A DNA stretch of 64,000 nucleotides from the IMG/VR virus record IMGVR_UViG_3300042397_000787. One strand, given 5' to 3'. The first letter of the stretch is position 1, and each line of letters starts with the position of its first letter. Under the pieces are notes generated by a model, which saw nothing but the letters and a program-made list of their open reading frames with translations, had not been told where the DNA came from and did not search any database. The stretch comes from a virus. The translations under genes and the position numbers were made by a program. Below are positions 27,846-35,833 of this stretch, piece by piece.

Positions 27846-28162
27846 TATCCTATTAACGAGCCCCCGGCTTTCTTTCTGGCCTTATCAATGGCTTCCCTGG
27901 TCTTAACGTCTCTAATAGACTTTGAGCCATATTTTTCCGCGACCGGTGTGTTGGGGTTCTGTTCTGCAACTCGGCTCATAACTTCTTTGAAGTGGTCTGG
28001 CACCTTGCCGCCGCCATCTGAACCAGAAGCATGAGCAAAATTCATTTGAAAAATTTGATGTAATTGAGGATTATCAGCAACGAATTGCTTCATTTCCTCG
28101 TATGACATCTTGGTTTCCCATTGCTCTTCCGTTTCAGGATTATAAAACTCATATATTGGCAT
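27845..28162 (-). CDS. FmdB-like conserved T4-like protein
   Basis: Start MPIYEFYNPET; longer ORF start lies inside a tRNA. Confidence 0.65.
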   Translation of the reverse strand: MPIYEFYNPETEEQWETKMSYEEMKQFVADNPQLHQIFQMNFAHASGSDGGGKVPDHFKEVMSRVAEQNPNTPVAEKYGSKSIRDVKTREAIDKARKKAGGSLIG

Positions 28163-28177
28163 ATTAACCTCGTTTAA

Positions 28178-28260
28178 TGGTAGGCACGGCGGGACTCGAA
28201 CCCGCAAGGTTTCCCGACGAATTTTAAGTCCGTTGCGTTTACCAATTTCGCCACGCGCCC
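28178..28260 (-). tRNA. tRNA-Leu(TAA)
   Basis: Cloverleaf with long V arm, CCA. Confidence 0.93.
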
Positions 28261-29147
28261 AAATTCTGACCCCATGTGGTGTCAGTCATTTCGTAGTAGA
28301 CATAGTTATCAACTAACGTCTTATTTAGACCCAGAGAAACAAGCCAGTCTGAGTAAGTTGATTTACTATCACCCATCATTTTTCTGACTTGCCGGTGTAT
28401 ACCATGTGTAGGACTGTTTATACTCAAACAAAATTGTATTTGTTCATTTACGTATTCATCTACATTACCATCTATGCTCAAATGATCCAATACACTACAT
28501 ACAGCATACTCTGGCGAATCCAGAAGGTCATCGTCTACAAAAAAGTAATAATAATGCCATTCTGCCATTGGAATGATGCCATCATCCTGCATAAAAAGAT
28601 ATTCAAACAACGGATGCTCTATCGCAGTCTTTACATAAGACGTTGTAGCAGCAAACGGAGCCTCAAGCACCCCGGGATGTCTTCTAGGTGCAACCATACC
28701 AGTTTTAGCGGCAATAAAATTTGTCCACTTTCTTGGTAGATACATTTCACTTCGTTCTTCTGGGTAAATGTATCTGCCATTACCATGTTTAAATGGCCAC
28801 TCATCCAGATTAGTAGGACGGACAAAAATGTTTTTGCAGTCAAGCACAAGTACCGTATCATCCAGAGATTGTGCGGCTGTAGTCAACTTCAACATCTGTT
28901 GTCTGCGCCACCCAAAAGTAAACGGTTGATCAAAATGTAAATAATTCTCACGTTTAGAAAACGCTAGATTAAGTTTGTGTCGGGTATAATACGGAGCCAA
29001 AATGTTATGCCATTCTTCTGGTGTTAAGGATTCATCCTCAACTGTAATCCAATGGCGACATGGCTTCTCAATAAACTTATCAATTGAGTGGGCCTGAAGT
29101 AGAAGGTCTTGAATATCCCTCTCACAGGCAATAGTAACTATATCCAT
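28239..29147 (-). CDS. DUF6492-like (GT-A-like) protein, paralog 1
   Basis: GWRRQQMLKL, LVLDCKN; stop inside tRNA-Leu. Confidence 0.65.
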   Translation of the reverse strand: MDIVTIACERDIQDLLLQAHSIDKFIEKPCRHWITVEDESLTPEEWHNILAPYYTRHKLNLAFSKRENYLHFDQPFTFGWRRQQMLKLTTAAQSLDDTVLVLDCKNIFVRPTNLDEWPFKHGNGRYIYPEERSEMYLPRKWTNFIAAKTGMVAPRRHPGVLEAPFAATTSYVKTAIEHPLFEYLFMQDDGIIPMAEWHYYYFFVDDDLLDSPEYAVCSVLDHLSIDGNVDEYVNEQIQFCLSINSPTHGIHRQVRKMMGDSKSTYSDWLVSLGLNKTLVDNYVYYEMTDTTWGQNLGAWRNW

Positions 29148-30031
29148 TAGCAGTCCATATATTGTTTAACTAATTCATCATTCAGCCCAAGTGATAGAAG
29201 CCATTCTGTATAGAACATACCAGTTTTACTCGGAAGGTTTTCTCTCACGGTTTTATGTAAGCCATGAGTTGGGCTGTTAATATTCAGGCATCTTTCAACA
29301 TCGTTTCTGATACTCTGATCATACCGTCCCTCTATCATATCAAAGGGACTGATTGCATTACATATAATATCTTTTTCTTCTGGTAGTTCATCAGGATCAA
29401 CATAGAACATATACGTATGAAACTCCGAGTTTGGAGTAACATCTTGATTTAGAAAGAGTGCTTCCAAATCAAAGTCTTCTGCCATTTGCTGAACTATTTT
29501 CTTCTCAAAGACAAATGGTGTTTCTAACAAACGACCAAACTTATCTGGTATTTGTTTACCAGAAATCTCACTGAAATATAATAGCCATCCTTGTATGATA
29601 TCATGGTTAGTACCAGTGAAAATTGTATCTCTAGTCAGATATGCACCATTACCATGCTTTACTGGCCAAGAATATAGGTCAGTGGGTCTAACAAATAAAT
29701 TTTTAGAATCTAGAACTAATGCATGGTCGCTTATAACATGATCACTGGTGGTAAGAAGTTTTAAGTATTGTTGCCTTCTCCAGCCATGCCCAAATCTACC
29801 CCAATCCGCAAAGACAGCATCCAAGGTGGGGTCTCTACGATAAGTATTTAATCTAAGGGTATGCTTTGTATAATACGGCGACAAGATATCTTGCCATTGA
29901 TCAAGCGAAAGATGTGTATCTTCTACCGTGACGAAATGTGTTATAGGCTTCTCAATAAACTTATCAATTGAATGTGCTTGTAGAAGAAGGTCTTGAATGT
30001 CTCTTTTACAAGCAATAGTAACTAAATCCAC
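29147..30031 (-). CDS. DUF6492-like (GT-A-like) protein, paralog 2
   Basis: GWRRQQYLKL, LVLDSKN; tandem duplicate. Confidence 0.65.
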   Translation of the reverse strand: MDLVTIACKRDIQDLLLQAHSIDKFIEKPITHFVTVEDTHLSLDQWQDILSPYYTKHTLRLNTYRRDPTLDAVFADWGRFGHGWRRQQYLKLLTTSDHVISDHALVLDSKNLFVRPTDLYSWPVKHGNGAYLTRDTIFTGTNHDIIQGWLLYFSEISGKQIPDKFGRLLETPFVFEKKIVQQMAEDFDLEALFLNQDVTPNSEFHTYMFYVDPDELPEEKDIICNAISPFDMIEGRYDQSIRNDVERCLNINSPTHGLHKTVRENLPSKTGMFYTEWLLSLGLNDELVKQYMDC

Positions 30032-30044
30032 AATTATCTCCTAA

Positions 30045-30122
30045 TGGGGTGAATGACGGGACTCGAACCCGCGACATTCGGCATCACAAGCCGACACTCT
30101 AACCAACTGAGCTACATCCACC
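30045..30122 (-). tRNA. tRNA-His(GTG) with G-1:C73
   Basis: Cloverleaf, CCA. Confidence 0.95.
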
Positions 30123-30143
30123 ATACTCAGGAATACTTATAAC

Positions 30144-30232
30144 TGGCGGAACATCAGGGAGTCGAACCCTGTATACCCTTTAGAGGTATTACGCATTAGC
30201 AGTGCGTTGCATTACCGTCCTGCCCATGTTCC
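30144..30232 (-). tRNA. tRNA-Ser(GCT)
   Basis: Long V arm, G73, CCA. Confidence 0.92.
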
Positions 30233-30238
30233 TAAAAT

Positions 30239-30313
30239 TGGTAGCCCGAACGGGTTTCGATCCCGCTTCTCCGCCTTGAAAGGGCGGTGTCCTAGCCACT
30301 AGACGACCGGGCC
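30239..30313 (-). tRNA. tRNA-Glu(TTC)
   Basis: Cloverleaf; T-loop ATCGAAA. Confidence 0.9.
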
Positions 30314-30316
30314 ATT

Positions 30317-30391
30317 TGGAGCGGAAGAGCGGATTCGAACCGCCGACCATCTCGTTGGCAACGAGAAGCTCTACCACTGAGCTACTTCCGC
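30317..30391 (-). tRNA. tRNA-Gly(GCC)
   Basis: Canonical. Confidence 0.95.
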
Positions 30392-30395
30392 ATTA

Positions 30396-30473
30396 TGGAG
30401 CGCCGAGCCGGATTCGAACCGGCGGTTTTACGGATTTGCAATCCGTTGCGATGGACCACTCCGCCATCGGCGC
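30396..30473 (-). tRNA. tRNA-Cys(GCA)
   Basis: U73, CCA. Confidence 0.92.
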
Positions 30474-30474
30474 T

Positions 30475-30546
30475 TGGTACCAGCAGGTGGTAATGATCCA
30501 CCCAAACTAACCTTATGAGAGTCAGTCGAACACCTGTTCTACTGGT
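30475..30546 (-). tRNA. Aberrant tRNA(CAT), possibly elongator Met
   Basis: ACCAGTA/TGCTGGT-A-CCA; mini D arm GAAC-AGGT-GTTC; loop CTCATAA; T arm GGTGG-ATCATTA-CCACC. Confidence 0.65.
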
Positions 30547-30547
30547 G

Positions 30548-30623
30548 TGGTGCGAATAACAGGAATTGAACCTGTGACCTTTCCCTTATCAGGGGAATGC
30601 TCTACCATCTGAGCTATATTCGC
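30548..30623 (-). tRNA. tRNA-Ile(GAT)
   Basis: Canonical. Confidence 0.95.
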
Positions 30624-30629
30624 ATCTTA

Positions 30630-31073
30630 TCAATTAAATAACTTTTCTAAGTCCTTGAGAGGAATTATGCAGTTACTATATTGATTTGTTAAATCTGGTC
30701 CTTTTTTAAATATCAATCTTATTTTTGGAAATGATAGAATATCACATATAATATAATTCATAGTGGAGGAATGTTCTATAGCTTTTTCTTCATTAAAAAC
30801 TCTTCCGCCGCCAAAATTTATAGATTGCATAAATCTACATCCAGACTTTGTAAAACATTTCTGTTCATATTTCTGGCCGTCGGTCAAACTAACATGATCA
30901 TGACCTCTGGCATTTACATATTGCAAATCTGGAAACCATTTCTCAATCATTATTTCCAGAAATTTTGAGGCTATTCTTCCATCTTTAAACATTCTATTCA
31001 ATTCAGACTCTTGTAGTATATCAAATGATATATTTTCAAGTTCAAAATAATATGTTTTGTCAAATACTATCAT
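30630..31073 (-). CDS. AT-rich PD-(D/E)XK-like endonuclease inserted in tRNA array
   Basis: GHDHV...YEQK motif; start MIVFDKT after GAGG. Confidence 0.5.
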   Translation of the reverse strand: MIVFDKTYYFELENISFDILQESELNRMFKDGRIASKFLEIMIEKWFPDLQYVNARGHDHVSLTDGQKYEQKCFTKSGCRFMQSINFGGGRVFNEEKAIEHSSTMNYIICDILSFPKIRLIFKKGPDLTNQYSNCIIPLKDLEKLFN

Positions 31074-31087
31074 TATAACCTCAATAT

Positions 31088-31163
31088 TGGTGGACACTTT
31101 GGGGTTCGAACCCAAGACCTACAGGTTAAAAGCCCGTTGCTCTACCTACTGAGCTAAGTGTCC
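31088..31163 (-). tRNA. tRNA-Lys(TTT)
   Basis: Canonical. Confidence 0.95.
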
Positions 31164-31169
31164 GTGAAA

Positions 31170-31245
31170 TGGTAGACGATGTAGGATTCGAACCTACGAC
31201 CTAAGGATTAAGAGTCCCGCGCTCTACCGACTGAGCTAATCGTCC
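31170..31245 (-). tRNA. tRNA-Lys(CTT)
   Basis: Canonical. Confidence 0.93.
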
Positions 31246-31253
31246 ATTAAATT

Positions 31254-31328
31254 TGGTAGACGAGGAGGGACTCGAACCCCCAACCTAACCGTTATGAGCG
31301 GTCGGCTCTACCATTGAGCTACTCGTCT
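31254..31328 (-). tRNA. tRNA(CAT), probably Ile2
   Basis: ACCGCTCATAACGGT arm typical of Ile2, A73. Confidence 0.85.
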
Positions 31329-31524
31329 ATATGTAGACCCGAACACGATCGGAATCTACAGGAGCACCGACCACTCGACGCTCTATGTAGTAATAATCTA
31401 TGAAATGATCGCCGTCACGGGTATACACACCGTGGGCAGCCCGCGCTTCATCTTCAGATGCATACACACCCAACAGCAACGAACCTTCGTAATCCCATTC
31501 ACCTAACAATGCAAAAACTTCCAT
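31327..31524 (-). CDS. Hypothetical early protein
   Basis: Follows cassette leader; LLGVYASEDEA. Confidence 0.7.
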   Translation of the reverse strand: MEVFALLGEWDYEGSLLLGVYASEDEARAAHGVYTRDGDHFIDYYYIERRVVGAPVDSDRVRVYI

Positions 31525-31584
31525 GACGAATCACTTTCTCTCTGACTATATTCTCATAATAGCTGATTCGCCGGTAAATGTCAA
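31525..31584 (-). promoter_or_regulatory. Early promoter/leader cassette copy 15
   Basis: TTGACA-TTTACCGGCGAATCAGC-TATTAT; AGTCAGAGAGAAAGTGATTCGTC-ATG. Confidence 0.85.
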
Positions 31585-32861
31585 GTGCTAAATTTTTCTA
31601 GATATCCCAAAAGTTGATAAACATTGACCTTGGTTTCGGTAGTCCATTGTTCTTTACTGAGGTAATGAACGGTCATACCAGGCACTTCAACGCCCTCACT
31701 ATCATTCCAGATGATTAGGTTGTTTCCGTAAACAGATAGGTCTTTCTTTAGCAGACGCTTACATGCCTTTTCAACGGGATCTACCTCAACACGGCCGTTA
31801 TGATACCACTTACCATTCTTCTCGGTCAACTTATCTTCTAGAACTCTACGTCCTACCCAAGGACCTTCTACTAGAATTTCATCACCCGTAATGATCTTGT
31901 AGTAATCATCAGGCTCTACGCCTAGCCAATTTTCTTGCCATTTGGAATGCTTTGTCACATGATTCAACAAAAGGGGAATGCCCGTATCTACAGAACCGAA
32001 GTGCGATAGAAACTCTACGTTGAAGAACTCGCAATACTCCACATATTCAGCCGGGATAGTATAGCCACTGAGATTAATCAGCAGAGTTGCATCAAACTGG
32101 TCTGAGAAATATTTTACCAAATCACGGACGACAAATGCACTACCAAAGAAAACTCTATCTACCTTCTTTTCTTTGATGAACGTAAAGAAGTTCGGCATAT
32201 CATCATAGATATTATAGTAATAGTGCTTATCTGCTACCATAAGAGCAGGTAGCAAGAAGGTCATCATACAACTAACGTGATGCATGTTTCGGGTATGACA
32301 AACTACGGATTGTGGTTCGAACTTGAAAACGCCTGTGTTTCTCTTTGAGAGGTCGAAGCAATCTTTCTGCGTGAAGTATACCGGTTTAGGTCTGCTGGTT
32401 GTTCCACTTGATGAACCACAAAGAAAGATTTCATCGGGCGAACTATAATCTTCCAACATTTTTTCTGTGACGCTATCAATTTCTGTCTCGAAAATGTTCA
32501 TTTTACAGTAGCGATTTACCATTTCCATATATGGTTCGCTTTTTGCAAGATATTCATCTACGACATGGAAGTCAATAGGATTAAATACCGAGGCTTTTGT
32601 TCGGTCAATCGTTTCAACGGCCGCTGGCTTATCAAGTAATACCAGTCTCATTGCCAATTCACCCGCTGCAAAAATAAGGGCTAGATGATTTGGGCTTACC
32701 ATGACAAGAGAAATGCCAAGGGAGTCTCCTCTCATGGCACCTCTTTTGACTAAGAGAAATTTCCATCGATCAATTAAGCTACACATTTCTTCGCGGGAAA
32801 CTACATTTCCTTTTTCATCTTCATATGAAAAATTGTCAGTCAAAATGTTCTTGTTGATCAT
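31581..32861 (-). CDS. AMP-binding (ANL) enzyme, paralog 2
   Basis: SSSGTTSRPKP, HFGSVDTG, HNGR. Confidence 0.75.
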   Translation of the reverse strand: MINKNILTDNFSYEDEKGNVVSREEMCSLIDRWKFLLVKRGAMRGDSLGISLVMVSPNHLALIFAAGELAMRLVLLDKPAAVETIDRTKASVFNPIDFHVVDEYLAKSEPYMEMVNRYCKMNIFETEIDSVTEKMLEDYSSPDEIFLCGSSSGTTSRPKPVYFTQKDCFDLSKRNTGVFKFEPQSVVCHTRNMHHVSCMMTFLLPALMVADKHYYYNIYDDMPNFFTFIKEKKVDRVFFGSAFVVRDLVKYFSDQFDATLLINLSGYTIPAEYVEYCEFFNVEFLSHFGSVDTGIPLLLNHVTKHSKWQENWLGVEPDDYYKIITGDEILVEGPWVGRRVLEDKLTEKNGKWYHNGRVEVDPVEKACKRLLKKDLSVYGNNLIIWNDSEGVEVPGMTVHYLSKEQWTTETKVNVYQLLGYLEKFST

Positions 32862-32875
32862 AGGTTATCTCAAAC

Positions 32876-32963
32876 TGGAGGAAGCGGTGGGATTCGAACC
32901 CACGGTACCTTGCGGTACGACAGTTTTCAAGACTGTAGGTTTCAACCGCTCACCCACGCTTCC
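32876..32963 (-). tRNA. tRNA-Ser(TGA)
   Basis: Long V arm; U73. Confidence 0.92.
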
Positions 32964-32967
32964 AATA

Positions 32968-33204
32968 TTATACGCCCACGGCGCTACGATATGTATCTAG
33001 GATCATATCTTCTTCCTGTCTCACATGTGCTTCCAGCTTACGGAGACGCACAATCTTACGAACGGCCTTGGTATCAAACCCTTCACCCTTCAATTCAGAA
33101 TAGACTTCCTTACGGTCAATCTTCTTCACATCAATCTCGGCTTCGATGTTTTCAATACGCTCAATGAACAGGCGAAGTTGGTCTACTGCAATAATATCAC
33201 TCAT
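32968..33204 (-). CDS. gapR: GapR/DUF2312 nucleoid-associated protein
   Basis: DQLRLFIERIE..KEVYSELKGEGFDTKAVRKIVRLRK..EEDMILDTY. Confidence 0.9.
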   Translation of the reverse strand: MSDIIAVDQLRLFIERIENIEAEIDVKKIDRKEVYSELKGEGFDTKAVRKIVRLRKLEAHVRQEEDMILDTYRSAVGV

Positions 33205-33225
33205 TATATATGTCCTTAAAAAAGA

Positions 33226-33301
33226 TGGATGCCCCTCCAGGGCTCGAACCTGGACTCTTCGGAATCAAAATCCAACGTGTTGCCAATTACACCAAGGGGC
33301 A
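33226..33301 (-). tRNA. tRNA-Gln(TTG)
   Basis: U1-A72, CCA. Confidence 0.93.
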
Positions 33302-33302
33302 A

Positions 33303-33378
33303 TGGTACGGGATGACGGGCTCGAACCGCCGACATTCTGCGTGTAAAGCAGACGCTCTACCAACTGAGCTAATCCCGC
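33303..33378 (-). tRNA. tRNA-Val(TAC)
   Basis: Canonical. Confidence 0.95.
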
Positions 33379-34046
33379 GTAATTATGACCAGATCTTGTC
33401 TCCAGTCATTTGATATTATAGTCGTTTTATTGTATTTGTCAAGCATTTTTGAAAAATAATCAACGTTATAATATGTCCACAAGAAACGAACATTTTCTTG
33501 AGGAAACTCTTGTGTTATTTTAGACTTTGTTTTACCATCTACGTCACATTGATAGACGTAACAATAGTCCATATTTTCATGCTCTGGGAAAAATCTAAGA
33601 AGTCCTATTTCACCATAAACGGTTTCAGTATCTTTTCCGTATGCTGTCCAAGAAATTAACATTTTTCCGTTTTCGGCCAAGTGACTATAAAGCCACTCTA
33701 TTAGGGTCAACATCTCTTCTTTTGAAGTATGTGTGAAGACACTATGCGCTATGATTAAATCATACTTTTCTTCTATTACTGGAAGTTGTTCTTTTCCTCC
33801 AGGATTATATTCTGGATTAAATCCGTCATAATGGATGAAGTTTGCACCAGGAAACATACGTCTTCCTGTTTCAATTGCATCCTCACAGATATCAATGCCA
33901 GTATAATTTTCTTGAGGAAAAGATCCGTTAGAAGTTTCTAGAAATATACCATAGTTGCAACCAAAATCTAATACCTTTCGTTCATCGACATCTGGTATCA
34001 TATCTTTTATCACAGTATGAATGGGCAAATAATAGTGTATTAGCAT
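33369..34046 (-). CDS. Class I SAM-dependent methyltransferase
   Basis: VLDFGCNYG, YTGID, HSVFTH; stop inside tRNA-Val. Confidence 0.85.
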   Translation of the reverse strand: MLIHYYLPIHTVIKDMIPDVDERKVLDFGCNYGIFLETSNGSFPQENYTGIDICEDAIETGRRMFPGANFIHYDGFNPEYNPGGKEQLPVIEEKYDLIIAHSVFTHTSKEEMLTLIEWLYSHLAENGKMLISWTAYGKDTETVYGEIGLLRFFPEHENMDYCYVYQCDVDGKTKSKITQEFPQENVRFLWTYYNVDYFSKMLDKYNKTTIISNDWRQDLVIITRD

Positions 34047-34487
34047 TTAGTGCCTCACTACATGGTCGGCAGCATGTGTTGCCGCAAACGAATCGGGTTT
34101 GATTTTAGCATCAATCCCTGTTGTTCCCTTAACATACCCCAATGCTTCTTTAACAGCAATGTTAGATTTATGCTTGGGATCTGGATTGATATCAAGGTGG
34201 ATTTCTAGATGCCGATTGCCAATTACATCAACAATTTCAGTTGCTGCTTCGATGGCAAATCCTGCTTCGGTAATCAGACGTTGACGTAAGTTACCAAAGT
34301 CACGCATTTCTACGTTTCTAGAAAATATTTTACCGCCATGCTTAGAATCCATGTGAAGAATAATGACGGTGGAATACTTGGCGTACCACTCACCGCTACG
34401 CTTTTTGAATCTAATAGAATCAGCACCTATATAAACAGATGACGTTTCACTGGAGTTTAGAATTGCTTCTCTTGCCTCATCATACAT
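34047..34487 (-). CDS. RNase H-like YkuK family protein
   Basis: VYIGADS, IHLDIN, AATHAAD. Confidence 0.75.
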   Translation of the reverse strand: MYDEAREAILNSSETSSVYIGADSIRFKKRSGEWYAKYSTVIILHMDSKHGGKIFSRNVEMRDFGNLRQRLITEAGFAIEAATEIVDVIGNRHLEIHLDINPDPKHKSNIAVKEALGYVKGTTGIDAKIKPDSFAATHAADHVVRH

Positions 34488-34505
34488 GCGTCACCTGTTT
34501 ATAAA

Positions 34506-34579
34506 TGGCGAAGGTGCCGGGATTCGAACCCGGAACGACGGTTTTGGAGACCGTAATGATACCATTTCACTACACCAAC
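34506..34579 (-). tRNA. tRNA-Trp(CCA), two U-U mismatches in acceptor stem
   Basis: GTTGGTG/CACCTTC-G-CCA. Confidence 0.85.
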
Positions 34580-34586
34580 AAAAAAA

Positions 34587-34663
34587 TGGTCTGGAATGTA
34601 GGATTCGAACCTACGACCCCCTGCTCCCAAAGCAGGTGCGCTACCAGGCTGCGCTAATCCCAG
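34587..34663 (-). tRNA. tRNA-Pro(TGG)
   Basis: Canonical. Confidence 0.95.
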
Positions 34664-34672
34664 AAACTTTAG

Positions 34673-34861
34673 TTACTTTGAATCTGCTTGTGGAGTTGCT
34701 TCCGACGCAACAACTTCTACAGTTTCTGTTGCATTTGCTGTAGCAAGTGCAGCATCAGCCGCTGGGCCAGCAGCTTCCGATACAGATGGTGTTTCCGCGG
34801 TAGGAGCGCAAGCGGCAGTAAGAGCGGCAACTGCGAGAACCATAAAAGTCTTGATATTCAT
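34673..34861 (-). CDS. Small Ala-rich lipoprotein
   Basis: Signal peptide with LTAAC lipobox. Confidence 0.7.
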   Translation of the reverse strand: MNIKTFMVLAVAALTAACAPTAETPSVSEAAGPAADAALATANATETVEVVASEATPQADSK

Positions 34862-34918
34862 AATTAATTCCTTGGTTGTTATATGAAATTATCGCGCATC
34901 TAACATTCGTGATAATTC

Positions 34919-35000
34919 TGGAGCCCAAGATAGGATTCGAACCTACATCTTACTTCCAGTTACCTTTGGCTCCGTTCGTAGCGGAGAGGGATACTTGGGC
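34919..35000 (-). tRNA. Rearranged tRNA-Arg(ACG)-like RNA lacking a conventionally placed D arm
   Basis: GCCCAAG/CTTGGGC-T-CCA; TATCCCT; CTCCG-CTACGAA-CGGAG; 23-nt insert; GTAGG-TTCGAAT-CCTAT. Confidence 0.7.
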
Positions 35001-35005
35001 AAACT

Positions 35006-35078
35006 TGGAGCGACCGATGGGATTCGAACCCACTCCGTCAGCTTGGAAGGCTGAGTCCTCACCCAGGAGAACAGTCGC
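35006..35078 (-). tRNA. tRNA-Gly(TCC) with shortened D arm
   Basis: CTC-CTGGGT-GAG D arm; U73. Confidence 0.85.
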
Positions 35079-35084
35079 ATTTAT

Positions 35085-35393
35085 CTAAATGCTGGCTCTA
35101 ATAGCTATGACAGTTTGCACATCATAGAAATCATCTTGGTCTAGACCTTCTGATTCAAGAGTTACAACTTCTGCTTCATCGATGAATGTTATTCTGGAAT
35201 CTGCAAGCTCTCTTGCAACACAAGCCTGTGCCGCTGCCTGCGTAGAATACAAAGTGCAGAGAGGATTTCCAGGCTTTACACCTAGAAAATCAGTATCATC
35301 AATTAGACTATCGAACTTTTCAGCCAGATCGTTACCTGCTAGAGAGTTGTAATGGTTAGCATTATTAACAAAAAATTTAGCGATATATGCCAT
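35085..35393 (-). CDS. Hypothetical late protein
   Basis: 102 aa downstream of late promoter. Confidence 0.6.
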   Translation of the reverse strand: MAYIAKFFVNNANHYNSLAGNDLAEKFDSLIDDTDFLGVKPGNPLCTLYSTQAAAQACVARELADSRITFIDEAEVVTLESEGLDQDDFYDVQTVIAIRASI

Positions 35394-35418
35394 TGCTTTT
35401 TTCCTGCTCTTTTATGTA

Positions 35419-35706
35419 TTAATTGTCGGGAACATAGAAATCGCTGACCGCTAAGCCATCAGCATCTTCTAGAGGCATTACGGTGGTAGTCGGTTGACCA
35501 CCGATTACAAGAGGATCTGCCCGATGACTTTCTGCAAAAGCATAGGCATTTTCTGCCGTGTCGAATAGAAAATATGTGGTCATGCCGCCTTTTAGGCCGA
35601 TGAAGCCAGTTCTGCTTTTCCAATCATCATTTCGACTCTTTTTTGCCTCGGGTGAATGGTCAATGTGATTAACTTGAACCAAGGTACATTTTACAACATA
35701 AGACAT
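35419..35706 (-). CDS. Hypothetical late protein (distant paralog of neighbour?)
   Basis: GGAG RBS; shared GFxGxKxG..LY/F.T...A pattern. Confidence 0.6.
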   Translation of the reverse strand: MSYVVKCTLVQVNHIDHSPEAKKSRNDDWKSRTGFIGLKGGMTTYFLFDTAENAYAFAESHRADPLVIGGQPTTTVMPLEDADGLAVSDFYVPDN

Positions 35707-35738
35707 AAATTTTCTCCAACAATGGGTATCTCTATCGC

Positions 35739-35746
35739 TATTTATA
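35739..35746 (-). promoter_or_regulatory. T4-type late promoter
   Basis: TATAAATA. Confidence 0.75.
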
Positions 35747-35750
35747 ACAT

Positions 35751-35827
35751 TGGCGACTCGGACGGGACTTGAACCCGCAACTTCCAGCGTGACAGGCTGG
35801 TGCTCTAACCAATTGAACTACCGAGCC
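35751..35827 (-). tRNA. tRNA-Asp(GTC)
   Basis: Canonical. Confidence 0.95.
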
Positions 35828-35833
35828 TTATAT

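Noticed and set aside
30189-30510. ORFs 30189..30377 and 30316..30510 (also 34486..34743, 34876..35088, 35750..35953, 38387..38569)
   Set aside because: Overlap tRNA/ncRNA genes
6098-31584. Repeats as a CRISPR array or integron attC sites
   Set aside because: Repeats are degenerate promoters/leaders separated by whole genes; no cas or integrase, no attC dyad
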